The notes under the pieces are model-generated. The model was given only the letters and a program-made list of their open reading frames with translations, did no database searches and had not been told where the DNA came from. Below are positions 39,323 through 49,405 of a stretch of DNA of 64,000 bases, piece by piece (the first letter of the stretch is position 1; every line of letters begins with the position of its first letter). The position numbers and the translations under genes are program-made. The stretch is from an uncultured virus (IMG/VR IMGVR_UViG_3300028920_000031) (lineage: Duplodnaviria > Heunggongvirae > Uroviricota > Caudoviricetes). Location of the stretch: IMG/VR virus record IMGVR_UViG_3300028920_000031; one strand, given 5' to 3'.

Positions 39323-39696
39323 TTTGTCGCCCTCAGCCGTTCGTCCCAGCAGTTGCAGCATACCGAGCCGTCTTGGTGATAGCCCGCGATCTCGTAGTCG
39401 GGTTTGGCCACGCCGCAGAACTTGCAGACGAGCTTCGGAGCGTTCACAACCCCGTCAACGGCGTTCCAGATTTGGTCGTTGGTGATGCCGCGATCCGCGC
39501 TGTAGTACTTGGCCAAGCGGTACATGACGACATTCACTTGCGTGTCGTCAAGCTCGACTTCTTCGCCTTCTTCGTCTTCGTATCCGCAACGGATGTCGTC
39601 GGCGTCCCAGACATCCAGAAGCAGGGGATAGGCGCCCTCTTCCATGCTCTCGATGAATTTCAGGGCTTCTTCTTTGGTTTTGCAGTGCTGAGGCAT
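39319..39696 (-). CDS. Hypothetical protein with zinc finger
   Basis: CKFC...CCNC. Confidence 0.65.
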   Translation of the reverse strand: MPQHCKTKEEALKFIESMEEGAYPLLLDVWDADDIRCGYEDEEGEEVELDDTQVNVVMYRLAKYYSADRGITNDQIWNAVDGVVNAPKLVCKFCGVAKPDYEIAGYHQDGSVCCNCWDERLRATK

Positions 39697-39893
39697 CAGT
39701 TTTCCTCCAAGGTTTCAACGCTCTCGATCTCGTAGTCGACCAGCTTGCAGCCTGCGACGTCGTTCCAATCGAAGTCGCCCGCAGCCTCGTGCAGGGTTTG
39801 TTCGATTTGGTCTTTGGAACTGTTGTCGGGAACTTCCACCTCGAATGAGTGCGCTCGGGTTTCCGTCCTGTTCATGATTCCCTTGACTTTCAT
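39696..39893 (-). CDS. Small hypothetical protein
   Basis: AAGGAG RBS. Confidence 0.6.
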   Translation of the reverse strand: MKVKGIMNRTETRAHSFEVEVPDNSSKDQIEQTLHEAAGDFDWNDVAGCKLVDYEIESVETLEEN

Positions 39894-40282
39894 CTGCCGT
39901 CTCCTTGCCGGGGTTTCAGAGCGTAGTTGCGGATCTCTTCGGGAGAAAGATCTTGGAGATCGACAGAGGGATGGTTCAGATCGTTGAGATATCCCAGCGT
40001 GCCAGGCGGGTAGTGTCCGTTGTCGACGAAGTAGTTGGTCGTGCGGATTGTGCCGTCGAAGTCGAACGTCAGAGCGATCATTGAGCCGTCCGCGAACTCT
40101 GCCCAACGGCGGGCGCAGATGCCCAGAGGTCCGCTGAGCTTTTTGAGCTTGGTGCCCCAGCGACGGGCGAGCCACGCTGCAAAGCTGGAAATAACCTGGT
40201 TCGAGTTTGGATAGGAGCCGTATTCCGTCACGCGCTTGTCGGACTTGTCGATGGCTCTCTTGATTGCCGTTGAAGTCTTCAC
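39890..40282 (-). CDS. Hypothetical protein
   Basis: Promoter cassette. Confidence 0.6.
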   Translation of the reverse strand: MKTSTAIKRAIDKSDKRVTEYGSYPNSNQVISSFAAWLARRWGTKLKKLSGPLGICARRWAEFADGSMIALTFDFDGTIRTTNYFVDNGHYPPGTLGYLNDLNHPSVDLQDLSPEEIRNYALKPRQGDGR

Positions 40283-40531
40283 AGCTCATTCTCCTTTGCC
40301 GGGGTTTTTGGCTTACGGTCTCAATATAGCATGTCTTGTCCCAATGTCAAGCCAATTGGGCAAAAAAATCGAGCCCCCGGCGAAGGGGCTCGTTATACGG
40401 ATTTCGCTGCGGATGGGAGACGTTATCTTCGACAACTTCCGCGTAGTCGCCGTGAGAGTCCGGCTGAAAAGCCGGAGAGGGCCGTCGGCACGTCTCCTTT
40501 CACCGATTTCAAGTCGGCCCCCACAATAAAT

Positions 40532-40933
40532 CTATGCGTCAGAATCCAGCCCGAGCTTCGTGCAAAGATCGCGGTACTGCTCGATCCGGACGTCGGCCCA
40601 ATTGTCGAGGTCGTTGTCGCCTCTGTCGGGAAAATTCCTGAGATCTCCGATGATGGCGTGGACGGCGGCAATCAGCAACTCGCGCTCGTCACGGGTGGTC
40701 AGCAGCTCGAACGCCTTGGCCGTCCGCTTCTCGTCGAATTCCCGGGTTTTGCCGCCATGGCCGCATTTGCGGCACTGCATATGGCTGTTCTCGTCCCACT
40801 CCTGGTCGCCGCACTTGGCTTCCGTCAAGTCGGTCTCGAAGTAGTCCTCGTCGTACTCGTCCTGCAACAGGCGGGCATCGGTCAGCACCGTGATGTCGAG
40901 GTTCGTGCTTCCGCATTTTGGACAACGATACAT
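40532..40933 (-). CDS. Zinc-ribbon hypothetical protein
   Basis: CPKCGS...CRKCG. Confidence 0.7.
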   Translation of the reverse strand: MYRCPKCGSTNLDITVLTDARLLQDEYDEDYFETDLTEAKCGDQEWDENSHMQCRKCGHGGKTREFDEKRTAKAFELLTTRDERELLIAAVHAIIGDLRNFPDRGDNDLDNWADVRIEQYRDLCTKLGLDSDA

Positions 40934-41247
40934 GGCACGCTCCTTTGCCTAGGTTTGTCGTTTACACCCTTAACTTAGCATGTTTCCCTTTGATGTCAAG
41001 CCAATTCGGCAAAAACGATGCCGTTTCAGTTTCGAGGGTTCTTAACGTCGGTCAGGCAAGCCCCTTGTGCCGCAACCGCCTATTCAGCCGGACAACTTGC
41101 AGGCGTTTTTCAAGTTCGGCCGGACGAATGGCGATAGAACGGGTCGGGTGGTCCGGCCAAGACAGAAGAACCGCATCAAAGATGTGAGGCAGGCGGACAA
41201 AAGCCTCCGTTGAGCAGTCGATTCTTCCACTTGTGTCCGATCTGTCT

Positions 41248-41679
41248 TCAATCATCGCCGGCTCCGCAGCGCTTCCGTTCCTCGCCCGGGATTCTTGGTT
41301 CGGCGAGTTCGGGGTCGTCATGGATATTGCCGGCAACGGAACAATCCTCGCTCCACAGATCCAAGCCGTCTTCCGCTATCGCGCTTCCCGACAACCGCAC
41401 AGCCCACCGATAGCGGTCCCAAAAGACGATAAATGCCGCCTCGTCGTCAGAAAGTCGGTCTCCCGCGAAAATGAGTTTGCCGTTGCGGTCTCTTTGGCCA
41501 GTGCATTGGCCTACCGTCTTGGGGTCGACCCTGTGACTCTTCCGGCCAAGTCCGTCTTTCCAACAAGAAATGAAGCTGAGATATGGGCCGACAAATAAAA
41601 AGCCGGTTACCCACGCACCTTCCATTTTTTCGCCGTCGTCATCAGCGATTTTGCCGCGAAACAAATATCGGTCTTCCAT
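41248..41679 (-). CDS. YopX family protein
   Basis: FRGK..WVTG..VDPKTVGQCTG.RDRNGKLIF.GD..GNIHDDPEL. Confidence 0.85.
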   Translation of the reverse strand: MEDRYLFRGKIADDDGEKMEGAWVTGFLFVGPYLSFISCWKDGLGRKSHRVDPKTVGQCTGQRDRNGKLIFAGDRLSDDEAAFIVFWDRYRWAVRLSGSAIAEDGLDLWSEDCSVAGNIHDDPELAEPRIPGEERKRCGAGDD

Positions 41680-41818
41680 CAAACAACCCTTCTGTTGGCG
41701 CGATAAATCCGGTTCAGCAGCAGGCGTATTTTCGGCAATTCGACATCATACGCGCGGCGAACCGTCCGTCGCGCTCTATTCGCCATGCGGTCAGCCAAGT
41801 CGACATCGTCTTTCATTT

Positions 41819-42118
41819 TCATCGGCCGCTTTCCCCTTCCTCGGTCGTTTCTTCGTCCAGAGAGAGATGGCGGTGATGTATGGCGTAGATTCGCCTGTTT
41901 TGGGCGTGTTCAATTCCGAGAGCTCCAAACGAACCCGCCTCTGCGGGCCAAACAACCTTTCCGCGCCACTTGTCGTTCGCCTTTTCTACTACCACAAAGG
42001 TGTCCTTGGGAAACAATTCCCCTATGGCTTTGGCCAAGTTTTTTTGCGCATGGAACAGGTCGTTTTCACAGTCCCAGATTGCTTGTCTCAAGCAAGACGG
42101 TTTGGTTTTGTCTTCCAT
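41819..42118 (-). CDS. Hypothetical protein
   Basis: ORF in operon. Confidence 0.55.
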   Translation of the reverse strand: MEDKTKPSCLRQAIWDCENDLFHAQKNLAKAIGELFPKDTFVVVEKANDKWRGKVVWPAEAGSFGALGIEHAQNRRIYAIHHRHLSLDEETTEEGESGR

Positions 42119-42146
42119 CAGTTCTCTTGCCGCATAGGCGGCTTGC

Positions 42147-42407
42147 CTACGATTTCCTGGATGCCAGCACTTCGGCGTGGGTGATCTCCTCGGCCGTGGC
42201 CAGACGGTCGACGTCCTCGGAGTCGAACTCTTCGACGTTTCCGCTGGCTACAGCTCGCCCGCGAATCTTGGTGCTGGCGGCGCGGACTTCGCAACCGGCT
42301 CCGCCTTCGCAGAAGACCACCAGGCGTCCGTCGGGAATGTCCGCCGGATACCGGTCGCGCTTCAAAACGATGTACTTGCAGGTCAGGTCGCTGTTTAGAG
42401 GATTCAT
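42147..42407 (-). CDS. Hypothetical protein
   Basis: Promoter plus GAGG RBS. Confidence 0.65.
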   Translation of the reverse strand: MNPLNSDLTCKYIVLKRDRYPADIPDGRLVVFCEGGAGCEVRAASTKIRGRAVASGNVEEFDSEDVDRLATAEEITHAEVLASRKS

Positions 42408-42660
42408 GATTTTCACCTCGTTTCTTTCGGCGGGATTCTCCCGCCTTCTACCCGTACTGTAGCACATATCTTCGAGATGTCAAGCCGCTTCGGGAATTCG
42501 AGACCTTGGCCGGCGGATCCGGGGGAGCTGGCCGACGGGAGACCCGTGCACACTCCAACAGGGGGGGTAGGCGTGGGCGCCGCTCCCCGGACGCGGCCCG
42601 GGCAGCAGGAAGGCGGCCTCCTTGCGAAGGCCGCCTTCCGCGCCGGGGAGGCTGGGGCCG

Positions 42661-42951
42661 CTACAGCGGAACGACAGACTCGACCTCGTAATCGGCATCG
42701 TATTCGGCAGGAAACTCGACGTCGGCCGCCTTCTCGAGAGCCAGCGCCTCGGCCTCGCTCTCGCTCGCCGCCCTGACCCTGACCGTGGCCGACCTCGTGG
42801 CCGTGCGAAGGATCTCGACCTCGTACTCGGAGACCTGAAGCTCCTTCACGCAGTCGGTCTCGATGTCGACGTCGAAGTGGATCCAGACATAGCCGCGCTT
42901 CCTGGCCTCCTTCATGAGATCGAGAAGCTCGGGATCGATGCCGCTCGTCAC
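42661..42951 (-). CDS. Hypothetical protein
   Basis: GGAGG RBS. Confidence 0.6.
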   Translation of the reverse strand: MTSGIDPELLDLMKEARKRGYVWIHFDVDIETDCVKELQVSEYEVEILRTATRSATVRVRAASESEAEALALEKAADVEFPAEYDADYEVESVVPL

Positions 42952-42972
42952 GACCTCCTCGACGACGACCTC

Positions 42973-43134
42973 CTAGGGCAGCTCGCCTTCGGGCACCCAG
43001 ACGAGACAGGCCAGCTCGTTCTTCATTTTGCAGCATGTCAGCTTCTCAAGCTCGGCGAAGTCGGTGTTCGGCAGGGAGTCGGTTCCGACAAACCAGGTTC
43101 TTTCCGTGTTGTCCTTGATCAGTTCGGGGTTCAT
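42973..43134 (-). CDS. Small hypothetical protein
   Basis: ATGA-coupled. Confidence 0.5.
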   Translation of the reverse strand: MNPELIKDNTERTWFVGTDSLPNTDFAELEKLTCCKMKNELACLVWVPEGELP

Positions 43135-43853
43135 TTCAGCTCCTCCAGTCTTTCGGGCAGCATCGTTGCCACCCAGTTCCAGTATCCGCGAGTCGTCTTG
43201 TCGGCCATGATGGCCCGCTGCCACTCCGACTTCGGGGCCAGCGGATGCTCGCCGCCGTGGCGCCGCTCGAGCTCCTCGGCGTCGGCCCAGCCGTCGGACA
43301 TGTCCCAGGTCTTGCCGCAGTCGTGGCATTCCCACTCGAAATCCTGCAAGTGGGCGAAGTTGCGCGATCCGCAGTACGCGCATTCAGTGGGCGGCTCGCT
43401 CTCGGCCAGTTCCTCGGGCGTGAGCACCCGCTCCTTTTCCACGAACTTCCAGCACTGGACATAGGCTCCGTCCTCTCCGATGCTTACCTCGCAGTCGGGA
43501 TCGAACTCCAGGTCGCCGTCCAGGCGGCAGACATCCTTCGTCCAGTCGCGGTACCGCTCCTCGAGCTTGGCCTCGGGGCCGGGCTCGGCCGTCGCGGCAA
43601 GCTTCCTGGCTTCCTCGAGCTCGTCTTCCTCGAGAACGGCTTCCAGATAGCCGGCGTCGCCCTCGGAAACGCCGAAGTTGACGGTGCCGACGTAGGTCTT
43701 GCCGTCCTCGCCGAGGAAGATGATCTCTCCCATGATGTCCTGCGCATACGCCTTGTTCATCGCGCGGCCGGCGGCATCCATCAGGGCGTCGAGATCCTCG
43801 CAGTAGCCCGATACGCCGTGGTGTCCGTCCCGCAGCCATTTCAGAATCTTCAT
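43131..43853 (-). CDS. Hypothetical protein with zinc ribbon
   Basis: Promoter cassette; CAYC...CHDC. Confidence 0.75.
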   Translation of the reverse strand: MKILKWLRDGHHGVSGYCEDLDALMDAAGRAMNKAYAQDIMGEIIFLGEDGKTYVGTVNFGVSEGDAGYLEAVLEEDELEEARKLAATAEPGPEAKLEERYRDWTKDVCRLDGDLEFDPDCEVSIGEDGAYVQCWKFVEKERVLTPEELAESEPPTECAYCGSRNFAHLQDFEWECHDCGKTWDMSDGWADAEELERRHGGEHPLAPKSEWQRAIMADKTTRGYWNWVATMLPERLEELK

Positions 43854-43999
43854 GATGCTTCTCCTTTGTTGGGGTTCACCACGAATATAGCACAGATCTT
43901 TTGGATGTCAAGCCAAACGGAAAAAAAATGGGGAGCGGCAAGAACCCCTTCAGCCGCTCCCCGCTTCCCGGGGCCAAAGGAAAACTCCGGGAAGTGCAG

Positions 44000-44076
44000 T
44001 GGCGCGCCGGGCGGGATTCGAACCCGCGACACGGGAGGTTAAAGCTCCCTGCTCTAGCCAGCTAAACTACCGGCGC
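44000..44076 (-). tRNA. tRNA-Sup, anticodon UUA (ochre suppressor), encoded CCA
   Basis: GCGCCGG TA GTTT AGCTGGCTA GAGC A GGGAG CTTTAAC CTCCC GTGTC GCGGG TTCGAAT CCCGC CCGGCGC G CCA: full cloverleaf. Confidence 0.9.
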
Positions 44077-44115
44077 ATGCCGTATTATGGATCTGAAGAT
44101 CTCTCCTTCCAGTTC

Positions 44116-45801
44116 TCATCTCGAGATTTCCTCTGCCGGCCGCGCGGCCGCCGGCTCTTCCTCGGCGCACACTCCAAGCATGCTGGCGTCGGGAAGCTCG
44201 CTGGTTCTGGGCACGGGACATACTGCAGTCGGTCTCGTGGTCCGCCTGGCGGGACTGGCCAAGGCAGCCACGCGCCTGACCTGCTCGGCCAGCTCGGGAT
44301 CCTCGATCCGGGTCTCGGCCAGCCTATCCAGCAGTTCGGCCACTTCGTGCGGCACCGGCAGCGGAGCCGGACTGAGCCACTCCGGAAAGCTCAAGTCGCC
44401 GGCCACTTGGCATCGCGGCTCCTCGCCGACGAGCTTGGCCTCCACCCAGCTCCTGGCTGTCTCGCCACAAGACCTGATTCCTCCGGTGCTGAACACCGCG
44501 GACCGGCCTGCGGCCAGATTCTCGCGAGCCAGCTCGCACAGGGACTCCCAGTCTGTCTCGCCAGGTCTGCCGAATGCAGCCGCCGCGTTGTAGATCCCGG
44601 GAGAGCGCTCCACGAGCAGGAAAAGCGCGGCGGCCCAGCCGCTCAAGGCGCGCACTTCAAGAGGGACGAGCACTTCGCCTTCGAGGCCGGCCAAGTCCGC
44701 GGGCGGCATCCGCCCCGGGGCGAATTCAGGCTTTATCCGCTCAATCCACTGCAGCGCCTCGGGTTCGATGTCCTGGTCGGCCGCCCATTCCAGGAACTCC
44801 GCAGGGACCAACACCTTTTTCGGGGCCGAAAACTCGATGACGGTGACGTCGTCTCCCCAGCCCGCCCCGAGCCTGAGACGGACCACCGGGAAGAAGCCGT
44901 GATCGGCATAGACGGCCGCGGCAGCCAGCACGTCGGCCAGCATTGCGCGCTCGCTGGATCCGGGCATCTCGAGACGCTCGCCGTCGCAGTTCACGCTCGC
45001 TCCTCGCAACGCGTATTCGCCAGCTACGGGCTCGATACGGGGAGCGTCCATCTGCGGCTGCGCATTCAGTGTGGAGCCGGACAGTTCGCTGCTCAAGTCG
45101 ACTAGCGGCCGCAACAGTTCGGCTTCCTCCGGATGTTCGGCTCCGAACTGGCGGAGGCGGAGTGTGAAATCGCTTGGAGTGATCCCCAAAATTGTTCTGT
45201 TCAGCAATTCGTCTCCTTTTGCGAAAATCAGATGAACATCGACCCGACTCTCGTTGTCCATGGTCTCAAGATGCGTCCGAACCAAATCGCGCAGGTCCCG
45301 GGAATCTGATGTGGGAGTCGACGACGTGCAGTTGTATTCAGAATCAGTTCGCAAGTCTACGGAAAAGCCCTGAAGTCTTTCGCCGGCCGATGCCCTCTCC
45401 CGGAGATATTCCATGGTGCGAGGAATCGCGGCAGCGAACCGTTGACGTTCATCGAGCTCGTCAAACCACACCCGATCTGCAACAAGCCCCTCGAACAGCT
45501 GGGATCTCGTCGAAAAATTCAGTCGCAGACCGCGTACCAGGCCGGCAGCAGCGTCGAGACGAAGCTCGCACCTGGGATCCAGTAGTTCGGCGCGCACGCC
45601 AAAATAGCTCGTCTTCAAGGTCTCCAACAGTATTGCATCAAAAGGCCCGCGAACAAGTCGCTGTTCTTGATGGCCGCTTATGGCGTCGCGCGTGTACAGC
45701 TCCCAGTTCGGCGACGCGGGGCGGGCGACGGCCAAGCAGACTTCGCCGCGAAGAAGCAGTTCGAATAACATCGGCTCAGGCATCGACAAGTTTCTCTGCA
45801 T
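44116..45801 (-). CDS. Hypothetical protein
   Basis: 561-aa ORF, no recognised motif. Confidence 0.65.
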   Translation of the reverse strand: MQRNLSMPEPMLFELLLRGEVCLAVARPASPNWELYTRDAISGHQEQRLVRGPFDAILLETLKTSYFGVRAELLDPRCELRLDAAAGLVRGLRLNFSTRSQLFEGLVADRVWFDELDERQRFAAAIPRTMEYLRERASAGERLQGFSVDLRTDSEYNCTSSTPTSDSRDLRDLVRTHLETMDNESRVDVHLIFAKGDELLNRTILGITPSDFTLRLRQFGAEHPEEAELLRPLVDLSSELSGSTLNAQPQMDAPRIEPVAGEYALRGASVNCDGERLEMPGSSERAMLADVLAAAAVYADHGFFPVVRLRLGAGWGDDVTVIEFSAPKKVLVPAEFLEWAADQDIEPEALQWIERIKPEFAPGRMPPADLAGLEGEVLVPLEVRALSGWAAALFLLVERSPGIYNAAAAFGRPGETDWESLCELARENLAAGRSAVFSTGGIRSCGETARSWVEAKLVGEEPRCQVAGDLSFPEWLSPAPLPVPHEVAELLDRLAETRIEDPELAEQVRRVAALASPARRTTRPTAVCPVPRTSELPDASMLGVCAEEEPAAARPAEEISR

Positions 45802-46009
45802 CCGGGTATTCTCGCAACAGCACTTCCCAGCTGGGATACGGATCCTTGTTCACGTTGTCTCCGCGGCCGCGAACTTTCATCGGCCTCAAGATGTAGAGGC
45901 CACCTCCTCCCAGTTGCGGAGAACTGACCACGTCATGCGGGATCCCGCGGATGCTCACGGTGCCGACGACGGCCGACTTGACTCTGGCTCCTGCCTTTCC
46001 GCTTGCCAT
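45776..46009 (-). CDS. Small hypothetical protein
   Basis: AAGGAG RBS. Confidence 0.55.
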   Translation of the reverse strand: MASGKAGARVKSAVVGTVSIRGIPHDVVSSPQLGGGGLYILRPMKVRGRGDNVNKDPYPSWEVLLREYPDAEKLVDA

Positions 46010-46022
46010 GACTGACTCCTTT

Positions 46023-46454
46023 CTAGAGCTTGAGGTTTTGAGCGGAAATGACCCGCTCCGCCTCAAGCTCCTTCGTGTTTATGCCGGCATCCAACTGAGC
46101 CAGCAAATTGTCGCTGCGAATCTTCTGATTTTCCAGCTGCTCCCGGAGTTCCTTCAGCATCTTCTCCACGAGTTTTCTGGCGTCCTCGGACGTGGAGGCG
46201 AAGCCCGAACGGCGAAAGGGGCAGTCGTTCCGGCGGTCTATCTCCATCATCGAGGCGCGAGTCGCGTAGAGGTCTCCGAGATTTTTGTAGTGGACGACGA
46301 CCCGGCTCTTTTTCCAGGTTGCGGGAAATTTCTCGATCTTGGCAATGATCTTGCCCTTCTGGGTCTCGCCTACGGTCGCCTCGTAAACCGGATGTCGCCC
46401 GGGTTCGGGTCCGTATTCAGTGGGCGTCCGCTCGCATTCAGTGGAAGAGCTCAT
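46023..46454 (-). CDS. Hypothetical protein
   Basis: Coupled ORF. Confidence 0.6.
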   Translation of the reverse strand: MSSSTECERTPTEYGPEPGRHPVYEATVGETQKGKIIAKIEKFPATWKKSRVVVHYKNLGDLYATRASMMEIDRRNDCPFRRSGFASTSEDARKLVEKMLKELREQLENQKIRSDNLLAQLDAGINTKELEAERVISAQNLKL

Positions 46455-46684
46455 GAGGCTGACGCGGGTACGGACGTGACATACAGCCCGTCTTGGTCCC
46501 GCTCCGTTTCGACTCCCAGAGCGCTGAGGGCGCGGAGGACGTCGTCGTGTTCGGCGTCGTCCAGCTCGTCGTACCACTGCTCATCATCGAGGACGTACGT
46601 GCCCGCGACCAGCGCCTTGAATTGGAGGCATTCGGGCAACCGGCGCTGCCCATAGCTGTCAGTATAGTGGGATTTGAGTTGCAT
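46451..46684 (-). CDS. Small hypothetical protein
   Basis: AAGGAG RBS. Confidence 0.6.
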   Translation of the reverse strand: MQLKSHYTDSYGQRRLPECLQFKALVAGTYVLDDEQWYDELDDAEHDDVLRALSALGVETERDQDGLYVTSVPASAS

Positions 46685-46719
46685 CTCTCGTTCTCCTTGG
46701 GGGTTTGGGGCTGTGATGC

Positions 46720-46905
46720 TCATATTCCCAGCCTATCGCCTATCTCCAGACACTCCCAGCACCCCGGAAACGGGCCATGTTTCCATTCGGCGCGAAGCTT
46801 GCGGTTGAGGGCGACGGCGCGTTTGACGCCAGCCAGAGTGCCGCCGCACCATTCCCGTGCGTGTTTCCGCTGGGCCTTCGTGAGTTTTTTCTGCCACTTC
46901 GTCAT
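46720..46905 (-). CDS. Small hypothetical protein
   Basis: MTKWQKK...CWEC. Confidence 0.55.
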   Translation of the reverse strand: MTKWQKKLTKAQRKHAREWCGGTLAGVKRAVALNRKLRAEWKHGPFPGCWECLEIGDRLGI

Positions 46906-46937
46906 ATCGGGTTTTCCTTGGGTTCGGTTTGACTGGC

Positions 46938-47471
46938 CTATGACGTAGTAGTTGCCGCCTCTTCGGCAAGCCGCTGAAGGTTTTCGCACGTGACGGAGAA
47001 TTCGAATTCGCCGACCCAGAACCTGAGTGCGCCGTCCTCGTGTGCGCACGGGAACTCTTCGAGCTGGCCAGTGACCAGTCCGTCCAGGATCTCGGCCACC
47101 CTCTTCTCGAGCTCTTCGGAGATCTCGCGACGCACGCGGGAGGCTGCGTCCATCTCCTCGCGATGCTTCGCCATCTCCTCGCGGTACTTGTCGACCGCGG
47201 CGTCGAAATCCTCGGGGGATCCGCATTTCGCGCAGAGCTTGAGACCGCCCTTGAAGAAGTATGAACGACGTCTCTTGTGTTCGCCGCTCACAAACTCGTC
47301 GCTGGGGCCCTCTTCGCCGGAGGTGTCGACGGAGTAGTGGTAGCTGCCCCGGGAGCCCAGCGTCCTGCCGCAACGGCAGTCGTAGTCCGAGTCGTCCTCG
47401 GCGTTCTGGGCGTCCGAGATGTGAATGACGCCCGATTTCGTCACGATTAGCAGTGGCCATGGCCTGCTCAT
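46938..47471 (-). CDS. Hypothetical protein
   Basis: Coupled ORF. Confidence 0.6.
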   Translation of the reverse strand: MSRPWPLLIVTKSGVIHISDAQNAEDDSDYDCRCGRTLGSRGSYHYSVDTSGEEGPSDEFVSGEHKRRRSYFFKGGLKLCAKCGSPEDFDAAVDKYREEMAKHREEMDAASRVRREISEELEKRVAEILDGLVTGQLEEFPCAHEDGALRFWVGEFEFSVTCENLQRLAEEAATTTS

Positions 47472-48175
47472 TTGTGCTTCCCCTTCTGTTTCGCGTTCAT
47501 CTTGACCGTGTCGAAGCTTATCCTGCCGCGGTTCTTCTTCACCAAGCTCTTGGCAAAGCAGTCCACGCAATTGTAGGGGCAGTGCCCGCTCGAACTCAGG
47601 TTGACTTCGTGGATCGGGAGGTCGACGCCGAAGGTGAGCTTCGAACAGTTCCCGCAGTCGGGACAGCCTCCGCCCTTCTCGTCGCAGAACTTGACGTCCA
47701 GCCTCCATGCCTTCGCCCGCGCCTTGATCCAACGAATGGCTGACCGCTTTCCCTGCGAGGTGAGGCGGAAAAAATTGCGAATCCACGCGTAGTGATTGCG
47801 CGACTCTTCATCCAGGAAGCGGTCCCGCGTCTTCTTCGACTTCATCCTGAACAGGGTCATCAAAGGCGTGAAGCCGTTCAGGCTGCAGTATTCGAAGCAT
47901 TGCTCGAGGGCCGCCTTCCCGATCGGGGAATGCACGTACTTGATGCGTACGCAGGCGACGTCCGACAGATCTCCCTTGAGCGGGGCTTGGTCCGTCACGT
48001 TCGGGTTGAGCGTGACTACCACGGGCACGCCGAGAGCCCTCAGACGTGTGTTGCGATGGGAATTGACAAACACGTAGCGATAGCTTTCCTGCAGCTCCCG
48101 AACCTGTTCGATTTCCGCGTCCGTGTAGTTGAAGTTGTTGAGGGTTGCCACTCTGACGATTCTGTCGGTCTTCAT
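47468..48175 (-). CDS. Cys-rich (possible Fe-S) hypothetical protein
   Basis: CDEKGGGCPDCGNC and CPYNCVDC (CX3CX2C near the C-terminus). Confidence 0.7.
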   Translation of the reverse strand: MKTDRIVRVATLNNFNYTDAEIEQVRELQESYRYVFVNSHRNTRLRALGVPVVVTLNPNVTDQAPLKGDLSDVACVRIKYVHSPIGKAALEQCFEYCSLNGFTPLMTLFRMKSKKTRDRFLDEESRNHYAWIRNFFRLTSQGKRSAIRWIKARAKAWRLDVKFCDEKGGGCPDCGNCSKLTFGVDLPIHEVNLSSSGHCPYNCVDCFAKSLVKKNRGRISFDTVKMNAKQKGKHK

Positions 48176-48253
48176 CTCGGTCTCCTTTGCAAGGCCTTAG
48201 GGGGTTCGCCTTTACCGTAACTTAGCATGCGTCCTGCGAATGTCAAGCCAATA

Positions 48254-48754
48254 TCAGGAATATTTCTCCTCGTTCTTATCGCGGGCTGTGATCTGTGTGC
48301 GACGATTGTCGTCGATCATCAACACGGGACCGTCGGGGGCATCGTTGCACTGTTCGTGGCCCGTCAAGACATCGTCACACGTCCAAGCAACGCCAAAGGC
48401 GTAAGCCGGGCCCGCGCCGCCGTAAACGCGGCGGAAAACCCGACATAGGACGACGATGTCGTATCGATCGACGGGGCCGAACATGCCTTGGGCCGGCGGC
48501 AGCCCCAAGACCTGACGAGAGGCGCGATACACCAGTCGAAACGCGCCGTCGACGACGGTCGGCGTGCCAGACGACAGAGTGGCCGCCGGGAACGTGACAC
48601 CCATACATGGCAGACTATGTGGCATCTGGTCGATGACGTAGGGACCCAGCAGGTGCCGCGTTGCGGCGTCAATTGTCAGATATTGGCGATAGTCGCCTTC
48701 GCCTTCTTCATGCGGAGCTTCGAGGAATAACTGATGACTGGCGGCGTAGTTCAT
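48254..48754 (-). CDS. Hypothetical protein
   Basis: Promoter cassette. Confidence 0.6.
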   Translation of the reverse strand: MNYAASHQLFLEAPHEEGEGDYRQYLTIDAATRHLLGPYVIDQMPHSLPCMGVTFPAATLSSGTPTVVDGAFRLVYRASRQVLGLPPAQGMFGPVDRYDIVVLCRVFRRVYGGAGPAYAFGVAWTCDDVLTGHEQCNDAPDGPVLMIDDNRRTQITARDKNEEKYS

Positions 48755-48826
48755 GGTCCGTTCTTTCGTTGGAGGGCTCATCTTTACGTATAGCTTAGCA
48801 CAAATCCTTCGGATGTCAAGCCAATA

Positions 48827-49405
48827 TCAGGAATGTTTTTCCTCGTCCTCTTCGTCTTCCTCGCACACGATGCATTGGCAGTCGGATTCGAAGTCGTCGG
48901 ACTCGAAAGGAAAGTCGTGCCTGTAGTCGTGATCCGCCCCGAAAGCGCTGACGCCGACGGCCACAATTTCGTCGTGAGCCCTGCGCGGCACCGTCTCCCA
49001 ATGATGGGACTGCAGCACGGGAGCTATGTACTCGAAGTAGCCGACTTCGATCACGTCGCCATGGCGTTCGTATCTGATCCTCCCCTCTAGGGAGTGGCGG
49101 GCAACGTAAGCCTCGAGCTTCTTCTCGTAGATCTCCAGGGTCCAGTCGTTTTTCGGGCCGCGGTTGAATCCCTCGAACTGAAGGAATTTGACCGTTTCTT
49201 CATGCATCGCCCCTTCAATCAGAACGCTGTCCCCGTCGCGAACGATTCGAGCCGAATCGTTTATCGTCCGACTTGGAGTTTTCAGCGTGTAGTAGCGGAC
49301 TGTGATGTCCGCCCATTTGTCCATGGCCTTGCCCCACAGGAAAAGGTCCATCTCCGGATCCATGCCCCTGGCTGCCAGAAGCTCTTTCATGTCCTTAACC
49401 TTCAT
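48827..49405 (-). CDS. Hypothetical protein
   Basis: 192-aa ORF. Confidence 0.65.
   Translation of the reverse strand: MKVKDMKELLAARGMDPEMDLFLWGKAMDKWADITVRYYTLKTPSRTINDSARIVRDGDSVLIEGAMHEETVKFLQFEGFNRGPKNDWTLEIYEKKLEAYVARHSLEGRIRYERHGDVIEVGYFEYIAPVLQSHHWETVPRRAHDEIVAVGVSAFGADHDYRHDFPFESDDFESDCQCIVCEEDEEDEEKHS

Noticed and set aside
44000..44076. Ordinary tRNA-Lys(UUU)
   Set aside because: The perfect 5-bp stem fixes a 7-nt loop CTTTAAC, centring TTA rather than TTT
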